From an uncultured Spartobacteria bacterium (GTDB taxonomy: Bacteria; Verrucomicrobiota; Verrucomicrobiia; Chthoniobacterales; UBA6821): a stretch of 44,440 bases of DNA. The position numbers were made by a program, and so were the translations under genes. The stretch is from assembly GCA_903933015.1 (NCBI GenBank), contig CAIZIQ010000319.1:1-44440 (forward strand), in the 5' to 3' direction. The first letter of the stretch is position 1, and each line of letters starts with the position of its first letter. Below, piece by piece: positions 1-8,597 of this stretch. The notes under the pieces are model-generated. The model made no database searches, was not told the DNA's origin, and saw only the letters and a program-made list of their open reading frames with translations.

Positions 1-218
1 CCAAGGTCGAGGACCTTCCAGAAATCGAGGAGCTGCTCAACGAGGTCGGGACAGTTGCCGGCTTCACCCGTGATCGTGTGCTGCTCATGCCGGAAGGAAC
101 CGATGTGGATGCGCTGAGGACGAAGGCTCCCGTGCTTGCGGAAATTTGTCTGGAACATGGATTTCGGTACGCCCCTCGACTTCATATAGATCTCTTCGGC
201 AACACCCGAGGGACATAG
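1..218 (+). CDS. queE: C-terminal fragment of a QueE-like radical-SAM enzyme (7-carboxy-7-deazaguanine synthase); 5' end lies outside the window
   Basis: Frame 3 is open from the window edge to TAG 216-218. The tail ...RVLLMPEGTDVDALRTKAPVLAEICLEHGFRYAPRLHIDLFGNTRGT resembles QueE C-termini from memory. Only 71 aa are visible. Confidence 0.45.
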   Translation, partial: KVEDLPEIEELLNEVGTVAGFTRDRVLLMPEGTDVDALRTKAPVLAEICLEHGFRYAPRLHIDLFGNTRGT

Positions 219-226
219 GCGGGCGC

Positions 227-308
227 TTTTGGCGGATAGCTGTGTTGGCCTGCGGTCGGCGTAGGAATACTACGCTCTCCCTTGGCCGCCTTGCTCTCCA
301 TCCAAAAT
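227..308 (+). repeat. Structured intergenic repeat, family A copy 1 (copy 2 at 44201-44285)
   Basis: Roughly 70% identical by eye to 44201-44285. It has a closing stem TTTTGG/CCAAAA, a second stem GGATAGC/GCTCTCC, and a conserved hairpin GCGTAG-GAATA-CTACGC followed by TCTCCCT. Confidence 0.7.
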
Positions 309-375
309 CTCCTTGCCTAAAGACTTAAAGAGATTTGGTTTGTGATTCACAAAAGAGGAGGTCATTGAAAGGGGC

Positions 376-771
376 GTGTGGATCAAAAAGACTCCTCAGG
401 AATTCGAACAGGCTCTTAGGGAGGAGTCTAACAAGCCACAAAGCAGTGGCAGATGGGTGGTTTACACCATGCTCGGGGTCTTTCTTATGATCCCTGTCTT
501 TTTGAATGTTGGAGGCGTTGCTTGGAGGCCTGGGCCACTTGTTAGATCCATGGACGACGTAATGAAGACACTGCCTGTCATGCTTTTCATGTGGCTGGCG
601 GTCGTCATTTTCATGCAGTTCTTCAAGGTGCCTGTCTTCAAGCGCAAGCTGGTTGTAATCTGCCCGAAGTGCGAGGCGGCGAAGAATGATGATGGTGATT
701 ACCAGTGTCCGTGCGGTGGGCACTTTGTGGACATCAGGACGATGAAGTGGGTGGAGGATGAAAAGTCCTAA
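376..771 (+). CDS. Hypothetical small membrane protein with a C-terminal zinc-ribbon-like motif
   Basis: 131-aa ORF with a GTG start and GAGGAGG at 355-361 upstream. It has two hydrophobic segments (VVYTMLGVFLMIPVFL, LPVMLFMWLAVVIFMQFF) and then CPKC-x10-CPCG. I recognise no family. Confidence 0.5.
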   Translation: MWIKKTPQEFEQALREESNKPQSSGRWVVYTMLGVFLMIPVFLNVGGVAWRPGPLVRSMDDVMKTLPVMLFMWLAVVIFMQFFKVPVFKRKLVVICPKCEAAKNDDGDYQCPCGGHFVDIRTMKWVEDEKS

Positions 772-835
772 GACATTGCGCCCATACAGTTCCGGATTGC
801 ACAAACGCCCTGTGAGATCTATCGACAAAGGGTTT

Positions 836-1765
836 ATGCAGCGTCATTCCATGCGTTTTCTTTATTCCCTCCTCGCGGGGTTCTTTCTCGTCGGTTCCCT
901 TCGTGCCGAACGTTCGATCATCGTCGACAATCAGACGGGCCGCATCCTCGAGGACATCGGCGCGAACCGCAGGGTGCCTGTCGCCAGCCTGACAAAGCTG
1001 GCACTTGCCATGGTGACGCTCGATTGGTCGGAGCTCAAAGGCGGTAATCTGGACCAGACGGCAACCGTTCCCGAGGTGGCAATCACCACCACCGGAGGCA
1101 TCAATCCTCTGCATCTTCAGGCTGGCGACGTACTGACGCTGCGCGATCTGCTTTTTGCATGCCTGCTGGCCTCGGACAATGTGGCAGCTGTCACGCTGGC
1201 CAATCATCTGGGGAGTGCACTTCCCAATCCGACAGGTCTCGATCCGGTCGGCAACACGGTATCCCAGATGAATGCGCTGGCACACGCTCTGGGCATGCAC
1301 CACACGCTCTTTCTCAATCCCCACGGGCTCGATGTCTCGGAGGGAGCGGAGCCCGGATCCTCGGCAGCCGATCTGGCACGGCTCACCCGTTACGGTTATT
1401 CCAAGCCCGGGCTTGAGTTTTATGTTTCCCAGCCGACGCGTCAGATCCATGTGCAGCGCGGGGCCTCGAGCCTGAGTGTCGTGCTCAACAACACGAACAA
1501 GCTGCTCGGTGTCGATCACATCGACGGGGTGAAAACCGGCCGCACCTCGCGTGCAGGCGACTGCATCATCCTCACCTCCGAGCACACTCCGGAGGTGAAG
1601 CACGAGGGGGACACCGTCCTCACGACGCCGCGTCGCATCATCGTTGTGCTGCTCGATGGCACGAACCGTGAGCAGGAGGGTCTCTCCTTGGTCCGCCACG
1701 GCTGGGACCTTTATAATGCCTGGGCGGCCAAGGGGCGCCCTGCCAAGACCTCCAACTCCCTCTAA
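836..1765 (+). CDS. D-alanyl-D-alanine carboxypeptidase (serine peptidase S11, PBP5/6-like)
   Basis: Carries the SxxK (ASLTK), SxN (SDN) and KTG (KTGRT) motifs. The signal-peptide-like N-terminus MRFLYSLLAGFFLVGSLRA favours ATG 836 or 851 over the ORF-track start at 758. Confidence 0.85.
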   Translation: MQRHSMRFLYSLLAGFFLVGSLRAERSIIVDNQTGRILEDIGANRRVPVASLTKLALAMVTLDWSELKGGNLDQTATVPEVAITTTGGINPLHLQAGDVLTLRDLLFACLLASDNVAAVTLANHLGSALPNPTGLDPVGNTVSQMNALAHALGMHHTLFLNPHGLDVSEGAEPGSSAADLARLTRYGYSKPGLEFYVSQPTRQIHVQRGASSLSVVLNNTNKLLGVDHIDGVKTGRTSRAGDCIILTSEHTPEVKHEGDTVLTTPRRIIVVLLDGTNREQEGLSLVRHGWDLYNAWAAKGRPAKTSNSL

Positions 1766-1768
1766 CCG

Positions 1769-2851
1769 ATGTCCAGGAAGCGTATCGGGGTTCTCACGAG
1801 CGGCGGAGACTGCCCGGGGCTGAACGCGGTGCTTCGCGGCATCTACTGTGCCTCCGAACAGCTGGGCTGGGAGGTTTTGGGGTTCCGCGACGGGTACGAG
1901 GGGATGCTGGCCGACGGGGGTGACACGATGGTTCTCAACCGTGAAAACACCGCGGGGATCATGCAGGAGGGAGGCACGATTCTCGGGACGACGAACAGGG
2001 GGCACTTCACTTCCAAGATTGCGGGCGGCGACAAGGCATCGATTTCCGAGGAGGTGATCACCAAGGCTTCCAAGACATGCCGCGATCTTGATCTCTCGGC
2101 TATCATCGCAATCGGGGGTGATGGTTCCATGAGCACCGCCCTCCAGCTCTACCGGGTGGGATTCCCCATGATCGGGGTTCCCAAGACGATCGACAACGAC
2201 CTTGAGGCGACCGCGATGACTTTCGGCTTCGACTCCGCGGTTGCCTGTGTCACGGATGCACTCGACCGGCTTCACACCACCGCCGCGAGCCACAAGCGTG
2301 CCATCGTGGTGCAGGTGATGGGCCGTCACGCCGGATGGATTGCCCTCTGGGGAGGCATTGCGGGGGGAGCCGATGTCATCCTGATTCCGGAAATTCCCTT
2401 TAAGCTGGAAAAAATCGCGGAGGCCGTCCAGAGGCGCGATCAGGCCGGATACAAAAGCACCCTGATCGTCGTTGCCGAGGGTGCCCGCACCCATCATGGC
2501 CAGCAGTTCCGGAAGCAGTCGACGAGCGGAGAGTGGCGTCTGGGAGGGGTTGGCGAGATGCTGGCCCAGGAAATCGAGGCCCGTACCGGCAAGGAAACCA
2601 GGGTCTGCGTGCTCGGTCATCTTCAGCGCGGGGGCGATCCCACCACGCTCGACCGGATTCTCGGCATGAGTTTCGGCGTGAAGGCCGTGCAGCTCGCACG
2701 CGAGGAAAAGTTCGGAACGATGGTGAGCTATCAGAATTATGAGGTGCTCGATGTCCCAATCGCGGATGCGGTTCATCGTCTTAAAAAAGTTCCTCCCACC
2801 AGCCAGCTGGTCGAGACAGCCAGAGCTGTCGGGGTGAGTTTCGGGGACTAG
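1769..2851 (+). CDS. pfkA: ATP-dependent 6-phosphofructokinase
   Basis: N-terminus IGVLTSGGDCPGLNAV, GGDGS motif and PKTIDNDL motif. GGDGS rather than GGDD suggests an ATP-dependent rather than PPi-dependent type. Confidence 0.9.
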   Translation: MSRKRIGVLTSGGDCPGLNAVLRGIYCASEQLGWEVLGFRDGYEGMLADGGDTMVLNRENTAGIMQEGGTILGTTNRGHFTSKIAGGDKASISEEVITKASKTCRDLDLSAIIAIGGDGSMSTALQLYRVGFPMIGVPKTIDNDLEATAMTFGFDSAVACVTDALDRLHTTAASHKRAIVVQVMGRHAGWIALWGGIAGGADVILIPEIPFKLEKIAEAVQRRDQAGYKSTLIVVAEGARTHHGQQFRKQSTSGEWRLGGVGEMLAQEIEARTGKETRVCVLGHLQRGGDPTTLDRILGMSFGVKAVQLAREEKFGTMVSYQNYEVLDVPIADAVHRLKKVPPTSQLVETARAVGVSFGD

Positions 2852-2865
2852 AAACTGGAATCACC

Positions 2866-3393
2866 ATGAGTGCCACGGAGCTGAAGGAAGCAATCCGCAC
2901 GATCCCCGATTTTCCAAAGCCGGGCATCCTGTTCCGCGACATCACGCCGCTTCTGGAAAACGGGCGGCTCTTCCGGCAGACCGTCGATCTGCTGGCTGCC
3001 GAATGTGCCGGCTGCAACCCCTCCAAGATTGTGGGGCTCGATGCCCGAGGCTTCATTTTCGGCGCGGCCCTCGCCTACAAGCTGGGTCTGGGATTCGTTC
3101 CCATCAGGAAGAAGGGAAAGCTACCCTTCCGCACCATCACTCAATCGTATGATCTGGAGTACGGGGCGGCGGAGTTCGAAATTCATTGCGACAGCGTTGT
3201 TCCGGGCGAATCCGTCATCATTGTGGATGATCTCCTGGCTACGGGAGGCACTGCCGGTGCGGCAATTCAGCTTGTGGAAAAGCTGGGCGCCCGCGTGCTG
3301 AAGCTCCTTTTCGTGCTTGAGCTGACCGGTCTTGGAGGCCGGGAGCACCTGAAGTCTCCCGAGGTCCGATCGCTGATTTCATTTCCCGCTTAG
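2866..3393 (+). CDS. apt: Adenine phosphoribosyltransferase
   Basis: IPDFPKPGILFRDITPLL and the PRPP-binding motif VIIVDDLLATGGT; 175 aa, the typical length. Confidence 0.9.
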   Translation: MSATELKEAIRTIPDFPKPGILFRDITPLLENGRLFRQTVDLLAAECAGCNPSKIVGLDARGFIFGAALAYKLGLGFVPIRKKGKLPFRTITQSYDLEYGAAEFEIHCDSVVPGESVIIVDDLLATGGTAGAAIQLVEKLGARVLKLLFVLELTGLGGREHLKSPEVRSLISFPA

Positions 3394-3420
3394 GGAACCT
3401 TGAGGTTCCTTGGGAGTGGA

Positions 3421-4104
3421 TTATTCCACTTCTCGCACAGGACCGCGCACGACGTGGTCGACACGGCCGCGCCGGCCGAGAAATTCCCAGACAAGCCATG
3501 CGACCACAAGGGCGATGGTTGCTGCCGTGATAACATCCGAGGGATGATGGGCTCCGAGAAGAATCCTGGAGATCGCGATTGCCGCCGCAATGATCATGGC
3601 GGGAATGCCCCAAGCAGGGGCACCGAATAGCAGCACGCCCGCGAATCCCACGGCGGTGGCCGTGTGTCCCGAGGGAAAGCTGTTGAAATCCGCCTCGCCG
3701 ACCAGCCAGCGGCCGTCGTGACGCGGGCCATACCATCCCTGATCGGCGGTGGCCCGGGGGCGAGTCCTGCCGCTGGTGAGGCGGGACGCATTGACCGTCA
3801 TCCCTGCCAGAGTAGAGGCGATCATCGCCGAGAGAAGCAGGCGCTGCCACCGGACATTTCCGATCCGACGGGCCAGAAAATAGCCGAGGGCGCCCAGAAT
3901 CATCAGTTCCGGCCAATCCCCGTAACAGCTCAGGGCACCCACGATCGCGCTTGTGCTCCAGTGTCCCTGATTGCCCGCCAGCACGATGCGGGTCGCCGGG
4001 GCATCGAGAAGAAATGAACCAAGGATCACGCCGAGCGCCAGAAGCCCGGTCAGGATGAAGGGAATCGCAAGGCGTTTTCGGGGAGCTGGTGTCGGCGGAT
4101 GCAT
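3421..4104 (-). CDS. PAP2-family membrane phosphatase (phosphatidic acid / undecaprenyl-PP phosphatase type)
   Basis: Multiple TM segments plus the PAP2 motifs SFPSGHTA and SRILLGAHHPSDV. Confidence 0.8.
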   Translation of the reverse strand: MHPPTPAPRKRLAIPFILTGLLALGVILGSFLLDAPATRIVLAGNQGHWSTSAIVGALSCYGDWPELMILGALGYFLARRIGNVRWQRLLLSAMIASTLAGMTVNASRLTSGRTRPRATADQGWYGPRHDGRWLVGEADFNSFPSGHTATAVGFAGVLLFGAPAWGIPAMIIAAAIAISRILLGAHHPSDVITAATIALVVAWLVWEFLGRRGRVDHVVRGPVREVE

Positions 4105-4204
4105 CGGTGAGCAGTTCGTTCCGGGAAGCCGATAAGGTCAAGCCCGTAACAATCTTCGGGATAGTTTGACTTGCCCGCGCCGCATTTGCAGCTACGGAAG
4201 AAGG

Positions 4205-5083
4205 ATGTCTCTCAGATCACTCTTTGCCTGCGCCTGCGCAGTTTTGCTTTTGGCCGGTTGCGCGGACGAACAGCAACCGGTCTCCCGGTCGTTGGTTCAG
4301 GCCGCGCCTGCAACCATTGTGGCCCCTCATGCCACGGCTTCGCTCTGGCCGGCGGGCGCCCCTCCGATTCATGCCGTCTCCGCCATCCTGATCGATGCCC
4401 GCACCGGGGAAACCCTCTATCAGAAGAATGCCGACGAACCGCGCCAGGTTGCCAGCACGCAGAAGATCGTGACCGCTCTGATCGTCGCTGAACAGGATCC
4501 GCTGGATGAACAGGTTTCTGTGCACCGTGAAGACATGATGGTCGAACCGACGAAGGTCGGCATCCGTGCAGGGGAAAGCTATCCCCGTCGCGAACTCCTG
4601 AGCGCCATGCTGGTCCACAGTGCCAATGACTGCGCCTCCGCCCTCGCCCGCGGCCACTCGGGAAGCCTGACCGTGTTTGCCGAGGAGATGAACCGTTGCG
4701 CCGCCCGTTGCGGTGCGACCGCCTCGCATTTCGTGAATCCCCACGGACTGCCGGCCGCCCAGCATTCGACCGCTCGTGACATGGTGAGAATCGCCTTCCG
4801 TGCCTACCGTAATCCCGATCTGCGCCAGGCGGTGGCGTTGCGTTCCTATTGCTTCCGATACGCCAATGGAAAACTCTGCAACCTGGACCCCACGGACAAG
4901 CTTCTGCTCCGCGACCCGTATTGCAACGGCATGAAGACCGGCTTCACGGAGGCCGCCGGCAAATGCCTCATCACCAGCTACAGCCGGGACGGGCGTGATC
5001 TGATCCTTGTCCAGCTAGGGAGCCATGCGAAGTACATCTTTGACGATGCGGAGCGCATGATGCAGTGGGGGGTCGCCAAGTGA
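4205..5083 (+). CDS. D-alanyl-D-alanine carboxypeptidase (S11), predicted lipoprotein
   Basis: STQK (SxxK), SAN (SxN) and KTGFT (KTG) motifs. ATG 4205 gives MSLRSLFACACAVLLLAGC with a lipobox LAGC; the ORF-track start at 4166 is less likely. Confidence 0.85.
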   Translation: MSLRSLFACACAVLLLAGCADEQQPVSRSLVQAAPATIVAPHATASLWPAGAPPIHAVSAILIDARTGETLYQKNADEPRQVASTQKIVTALIVAEQDPLDEQVSVHREDMMVEPTKVGIRAGESYPRRELLSAMLVHSANDCASALARGHSGSLTVFAEEMNRCAARCGATASHFVNPHGLPAAQHSTARDMVRIAFRAYRNPDLRQAVALRSYCFRYANGKLCNLDPTDKLLLRDPYCNGMKTGFTEAAGKCLITSYSRDGRDLILVQLGSHAKYIFDDAERMMQWGVAK

Positions 5084-5123
5084 GACGACAGGACATCCTC
5101 CTCACGATTTATTCAGCGTTTCC

Positions 5124-5681
5124 CTAGCTCTTCCACTTGATACTGCAGCCTAGAGCCGAGGGCCAAGGCTGTGGCACGGGATGGGCATCGGCCACCGCGG
5201 AGAGGGCATTTTCCAGATCCTCGCCCGTGAGCGGCTGCCCGTTGCGCGGACTGCTGGCATCGAGCCGACCTCGGTAGGCGAGCCGTCGCTTCGCGTCAAA
5301 GAGGAAGAAATCCGGTGTGCAGGCCGCAGTATAGGAAGCGGCCACTTGCTGCTGCTCGTCATAGAGTACCGGAAACGGCAAACCTGACTCCTCGACCATC
5401 TCCCGCAGCTTTTCCGGGGAATCCTCGGGGTAGGCGACGGCATCATTGGAGCTGATCCCGAGGGTGGAGATCCCGAGGGGGAAATATTTTTCCGCAAGTT
5501 CTGCGAGCTTCGCCCTCACATGGACGACGTAGGGGCAATGGGCACATAGAAAGATGACAAGGGTTCCCGCAGGGCCCGCCAATTCATCCAAGGAGCGCAT
5601 GCGCCCGGTCACGACATCGGGGAGAGTGAACGCGGGCGCCGGGGTTCCCGGTGCCATGGAGTCGGTGGATGAGGTTGCCAT
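5124..5681 (-). CDS. Thioredoxin-fold protein (redoxin/TlpA-like, CxxC = CAHC)
   Basis: APAFTLPDV...TLVIFLCAHCPYVVHV is typical of thiol-disulfide oxidoreductase-like proteins. The start is ambiguous (5717, 5681 or 5657). Confidence 0.7.
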   Translation of the reverse strand: MATSSTDSMAPGTPAPAFTLPDVVTGRMRSLDELAGPAGTLVIFLCAHCPYVVHVRAKLAELAEKYFPLGISTLGISSNDAVAYPEDSPEKLREMVEESGLPFPVLYDEQQQVAASYTAACTPDFFLFDAKRRLAYRGRLDASSPRNGQPLTGEDLENALSAVADAHPVPQPWPSALGCSIKWKS

Positions 5682-5790
5682 GGGGCAATCATGGCCCCCG
5701 GAGATCAGTCGGATCAATGCTCAAGAGGAGCCGAAATGTCGCACAATCCTCGTGACCAGGCCGGTCAGCAGGGATTAAGATTGTTACCCC

Positions 5791-6663
5791 ATGCCCACGA
5801 AGAAAGCCAAGACTCCAGCTTCCCAAAAACCCGGTCCCGGCAAGCCGCTCCGGATCGGGTCCGTGACACTTGGAGGGAAAGAGCCGCTCTTCATCCTGGG
5901 GCCCTGTGTCATCGAGGGGGAGAAGCCCCTCCTGCGTGCCGCCCGCACGATCAAGTCCATCTGCGATGATGTGGGCGTGCAATTCCTATTCAAGGCTTCC
6001 TACGACAAGGCAAACCGCACCTCCGGATCCTCCTATCGGGGTGTGGGCGTTCTCGACGGCTGCCGGATGCTCGCTGAGGCGGGCGATGCCATCGGGGTGC
6101 CGGTCACCACGGACATCCATTCCCCCGAGGAGGCCGATATCGCGGCGGATTTCATCGACCTTCTCCAGATTCCCGCCTTTCTCTGCCGTCAGACCGATCT
6201 GATTGAGGCGGCGGCCCGCGCAGCCGTCTCGGCGGGCCGTGCCGTGAATGTGAAAAAAGGGCAGTTTCTTGCCCCGTGGGATCTTGCCCCGATCGCCGGA
6301 AAGCTTCGTGCTGCGGGGTGTTCCAATTTCTGCTTCACCGAGCGCGGCACCACCTTCGGTTACAACAATCTGGTCGCCGACATGCGCTCCCTCTACTGGA
6401 TCCGGGAGCAGGGGTTCCCCGTCATCTTCGACGCCACCCATTCCGTCCAGCGTCCCGGCGGGGGCGGCGGTCACACGACCGGCGACGGCTACCTGGCCCC
6501 GGTGTTGGCTCGAGCCGCAATGGCGGCGGGTGTGGACGGAATCTTCCTGGAGACGCACGAGAATCCGGACAAGGCTCCTTCGGACGGCCCGAACCAGATT
6601 CCGCACAAGAACCTTCCGGGCCTGCTCAAGTCCCTCCTCTCCATCCGCCGTGCGCTTGCCTGA
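5791..6663 (+). CDS. kdsA: 3-deoxy-8-phosphooctulonate (KDO-8-P) synthase
   Basis: LFILGPCVIE, FKASYDKANRTS, QIPAFLCRQTDL and DATHSVQ motifs. Confidence 0.9.
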   Translation: MPTKKAKTPASQKPGPGKPLRIGSVTLGGKEPLFILGPCVIEGEKPLLRAARTIKSICDDVGVQFLFKASYDKANRTSGSSYRGVGVLDGCRMLAEAGDAIGVPVTTDIHSPEEADIAADFIDLLQIPAFLCRQTDLIEAAARAAVSAGRAVNVKKGQFLAPWDLAPIAGKLRAAGCSNFCFTERGTTFGYNNLVADMRSLYWIREQGFPVIFDATHSVQRPGGGGGHTTGDGYLAPVLARAAMAAGVDGIFLETHENPDKAPSDGPNQIPHKNLPGLLKSLLSIRRALA

Positions 6664-6691
6664 TTCCAGATATTTCCTCCACCTGCTGAGC

Positions 6692-7210
6692 ATGTCCCTG
6701 CTCGGATTGGCGTTGGGCCCGCTGTGTGCCACGGCGGAGCCGGCAATAAATCCAGCCGTCTCCTCAAACGCCGTGGCTACCACCCTGACGCAGATCACCA
6801 AACCGCAGGGGGAGAAGCTGGACCTTCCCGTGCCGATCGGCGAACCGGTGAAGGGAATCAAGATCCCGCAGTACGATGAAAAGGGAAAGCTGACCATGAA
6901 TCTCATGGCGGAGACGGCCAAAAAAATCGACGACCGGCAGGTTGAATTCGGGAAGCTGAAGATTCTTTTTGATGATCAAGAGCAGAAGGAGATCGTTGTG
7001 GAGATACCCCACAGCGTCATCGACATGGAGACCAAGGTGCTCGTTGCCGACACACCCACCACGATTCACCGTGAGGATTTTGATATAGTCGGGCAGGGTG
7101 CGGAGTTTGACACCGTGTCGCGGAGGGGCATCCTGAAGGGACATGTGACGGCCTCCTTTCGCAATCCGACACCCGTCCAACCGCCCTCGCCACCCCTCCC
7201 CCAGCCATGA
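6692..7210 (+). CDS. lptC: LptC-like lipopolysaccharide export protein
   Basis: 172 aa from ATG 6692 with a hydrophobic N-terminus (MSLLGLALGPLCA). It has a beta-rich OstA-like sequence, sits between kdsA and lptA, and its stop overlaps the lptA start (ATGA at 7207-7210). The ORF-track start at 6269 overlaps kdsA and is rejected. Confidence 0.55.
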   Translation: MSLLGLALGPLCATAEPAINPAVSSNAVATTLTQITKPQGEKLDLPVPIGEPVKGIKIPQYDEKGKLTMNLMAETAKKIDDRQVEFGKLKILFDDQEQKEIVVEIPHSVIDMETKVLVADTPTTIHREDFDIVGQGAEFDTVSRRGILKGHVTASFRNPTPVQPPSPPLPQP

Positions 7211-7809
7211 AGAAGACACGTCTCCTTTCCCTCGTTGCCCTTGTGGCAGGGTTTGCGTCCGCTCCACAGCTATGGTGTCAGTTCGGTCCCTTGGCCCAGC
7301 CGGGTCCGGTGGCCGGACCTTACGACCCGGGTGCCCCCGTCGCCATGGCGGGTTCCGATGAACGTCCCAAGGACGGCCGGACGATCATTGAAAGCGAAGC
7401 CGGAGCCAGCTTTGAGAACGGCAGCAACACGGCCGAGTTCTCCGGGCATGTCGCGGTGCACGACCCGCAGTTCGAGCTTACCTGCGACAGGCTCCATGTG
7501 GTGCTGCGGGCCGATCGCAAGGGCATCAAGCAGGTTGTTGCCAGCGGTAGCGTGGTCATCGTCCAGGAGAAGAAAAACGACCGGGGCGACATGGTGAGAT
7601 CCGTCGGCAAGTGCGGGAAGGCGACTTACGATCCACTCACCGGGGACGTGACCCTCGAGGAGTGGCCGCAGGTCCAGCAGGGAATCAACAATCAGCTCGC
7701 CACCGAGCCGACCACCATCATGATCCTCAATGCCAAGGGTCGCTCCCGGACCATCGGCGCCAGCCGCACCATGATCGTCGATCAGGGGCAGAAGGCCGTC
7801 ACACCTTGA
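7207..7809 (+). CDS. lptA: LptA/OstA-domain periplasmic LPS transport protein
   Basis: Signal peptide MKKTRLLSLVALVAGFASA and an OstA-like repeat pattern (FSGHVAVHDPQFELTCDRLHV...ATYDPLTGDVTLEEWPQV). It lies directly upstream of lptB. Confidence 0.75.
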   Translation: MKKTRLLSLVALVAGFASAPQLWCQFGPLAQPGPVAGPYDPGAPVAMAGSDERPKDGRTIIESEAGASFENGSNTAEFSGHVAVHDPQFELTCDRLHVVLRADRKGIKQVVASGSVVIVQEKKNDRGDMVRSVGKCGKATYDPLTGDVTLEEWPQVQQGINNQLATEPTTIMILNAKGRSRTIGASRTMIVDQGQKAVTP

Positions 7810-7826
7810 ACTTTTCCGAACGAACG

Positions 7827-8576
7827 ATGAACGCCGAACCAAACGCCACCGACGATCCGATCCTGCGCACCGAAGGACTCGTCAAAATTTACAACGGACG
7901 CTCCGTGGTGAACGGGGTCGACATCCATGTCCGTGCGGGTGAGATCGTTGGTCTGCTCGGCCCGAATGGCGCTGGCAAGACCACTACCTTCTACATGATT
8001 GTGGGGCTGGTGCGGCCGGACGGCGGCAAAACCTACTTCCATGGCAAGGATGTGACCCTGGAGCCGATGTACAGGAGGGCCCGCCTCGGGATGGGCTACC
8101 TGCCGCAGGAAGAGTCCATCTTCCGCAAGCTAACCGTCCGGGAGAATATCATGGCGATCCTGGAGACCACCAAGCTTTCCAAGAAGGAACGCAACGAGCG
8201 CTGCGATGAACTGCTCGAGCGTTTCGGCATAACCCATATCGCCAAGAACGAGGCGCTGACCCTCTCCGGTGGTGAGAAACGCCGTCTCACCATCGCCCGG
8301 TCGTTGGTCACCAATCCCAAGGTTCTCATGCTTGACGAGCCCTTCAGCGGTGTTGATCCGATCGCCGTCTACGATGTGCAGCAGATCGTCTCCGACCTGC
8401 GCGACATGGGTCTGGCCATTCTCATCACCGATCACAATGTGCGCGAGACCCTGGCCATCACCGACCGTGCCTACCTAATCTACGAAGGGCGCGTCGAGAG
8501 TCAGGGGGACAAGGACTTCCTGCTCCACGATCCCATCAGCCGCAAACTCTACCTCGGCGAATCCTTCGCCATGTAG
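7827..8576 (+). CDS. lptB: LPS export ABC transporter ATP-binding protein
   Basis: Walker A GPNGAGKTT, signature LSGGEKRR, Walker B LMLDEP and an LptB-type C-terminus ...VRKLYLGESF-like. ATG 7827 is preferred over the ORF-track start at 7611. Confidence 0.9.
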   Translation: MNAEPNATDDPILRTEGLVKIYNGRSVVNGVDIHVRAGEIVGLLGPNGAGKTTTFYMIVGLVRPDGGKTYFHGKDVTLEPMYRRARLGMGYLPQEESIFRKLTVRENIMAILETTKLSKKERNERCDELLERFGITHIAKNEALTLSGGEKRRLTIARSLVTNPKVLMLDEPFSGVDPIAVYDVQQIVSDLRDMGLAILITDHNVRETLAITDRAYLIYEGRVESQGDKDFLLHDPISRKLYLGESFAM

Positions 8577-8597
8577 TTCGTCAGGACGACCTTCACC

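Noticed and set aside
146-328. 60-aa ORF (and 43825-44295 on the minus strand) covering the family A repeats
   Set aside because: These ORFs simply translate the repeat. The two copies are conserved at the RNA-structure level with compensatory changes, not at the peptide level.
734-2776. 680-aa ORF on the minus strand
   Set aside because: It is antisense to the DD-carboxypeptidase and pfkA genes, both of which have strong motif support. The composition (R/G/A/P/H-rich, no motifs) is typical of shadow ORFs in GC-rich DNA.
3393-3410. GGAACC-TTGA-GGTTCC hairpin between convergent apt and the PAP2 gene as a bidirectional terminator
   Set aside because: The stem is only 6-7 bp and neither side has a U-tract. 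This is too weak to call.
6269-6691. Upstream extension of the lptC-like ORF (ORF-track start 6269). Similar N-terminal extensions occur at 7611 (lptB), 20513 (lysC), 25378 (rpoA) and 26639 (glnII).
   Set aside because: The extensions overlap the preceding well-supported genes, or add non-homologous basic/Pro-rich residues. The internal ATGs give canonical N-termini.
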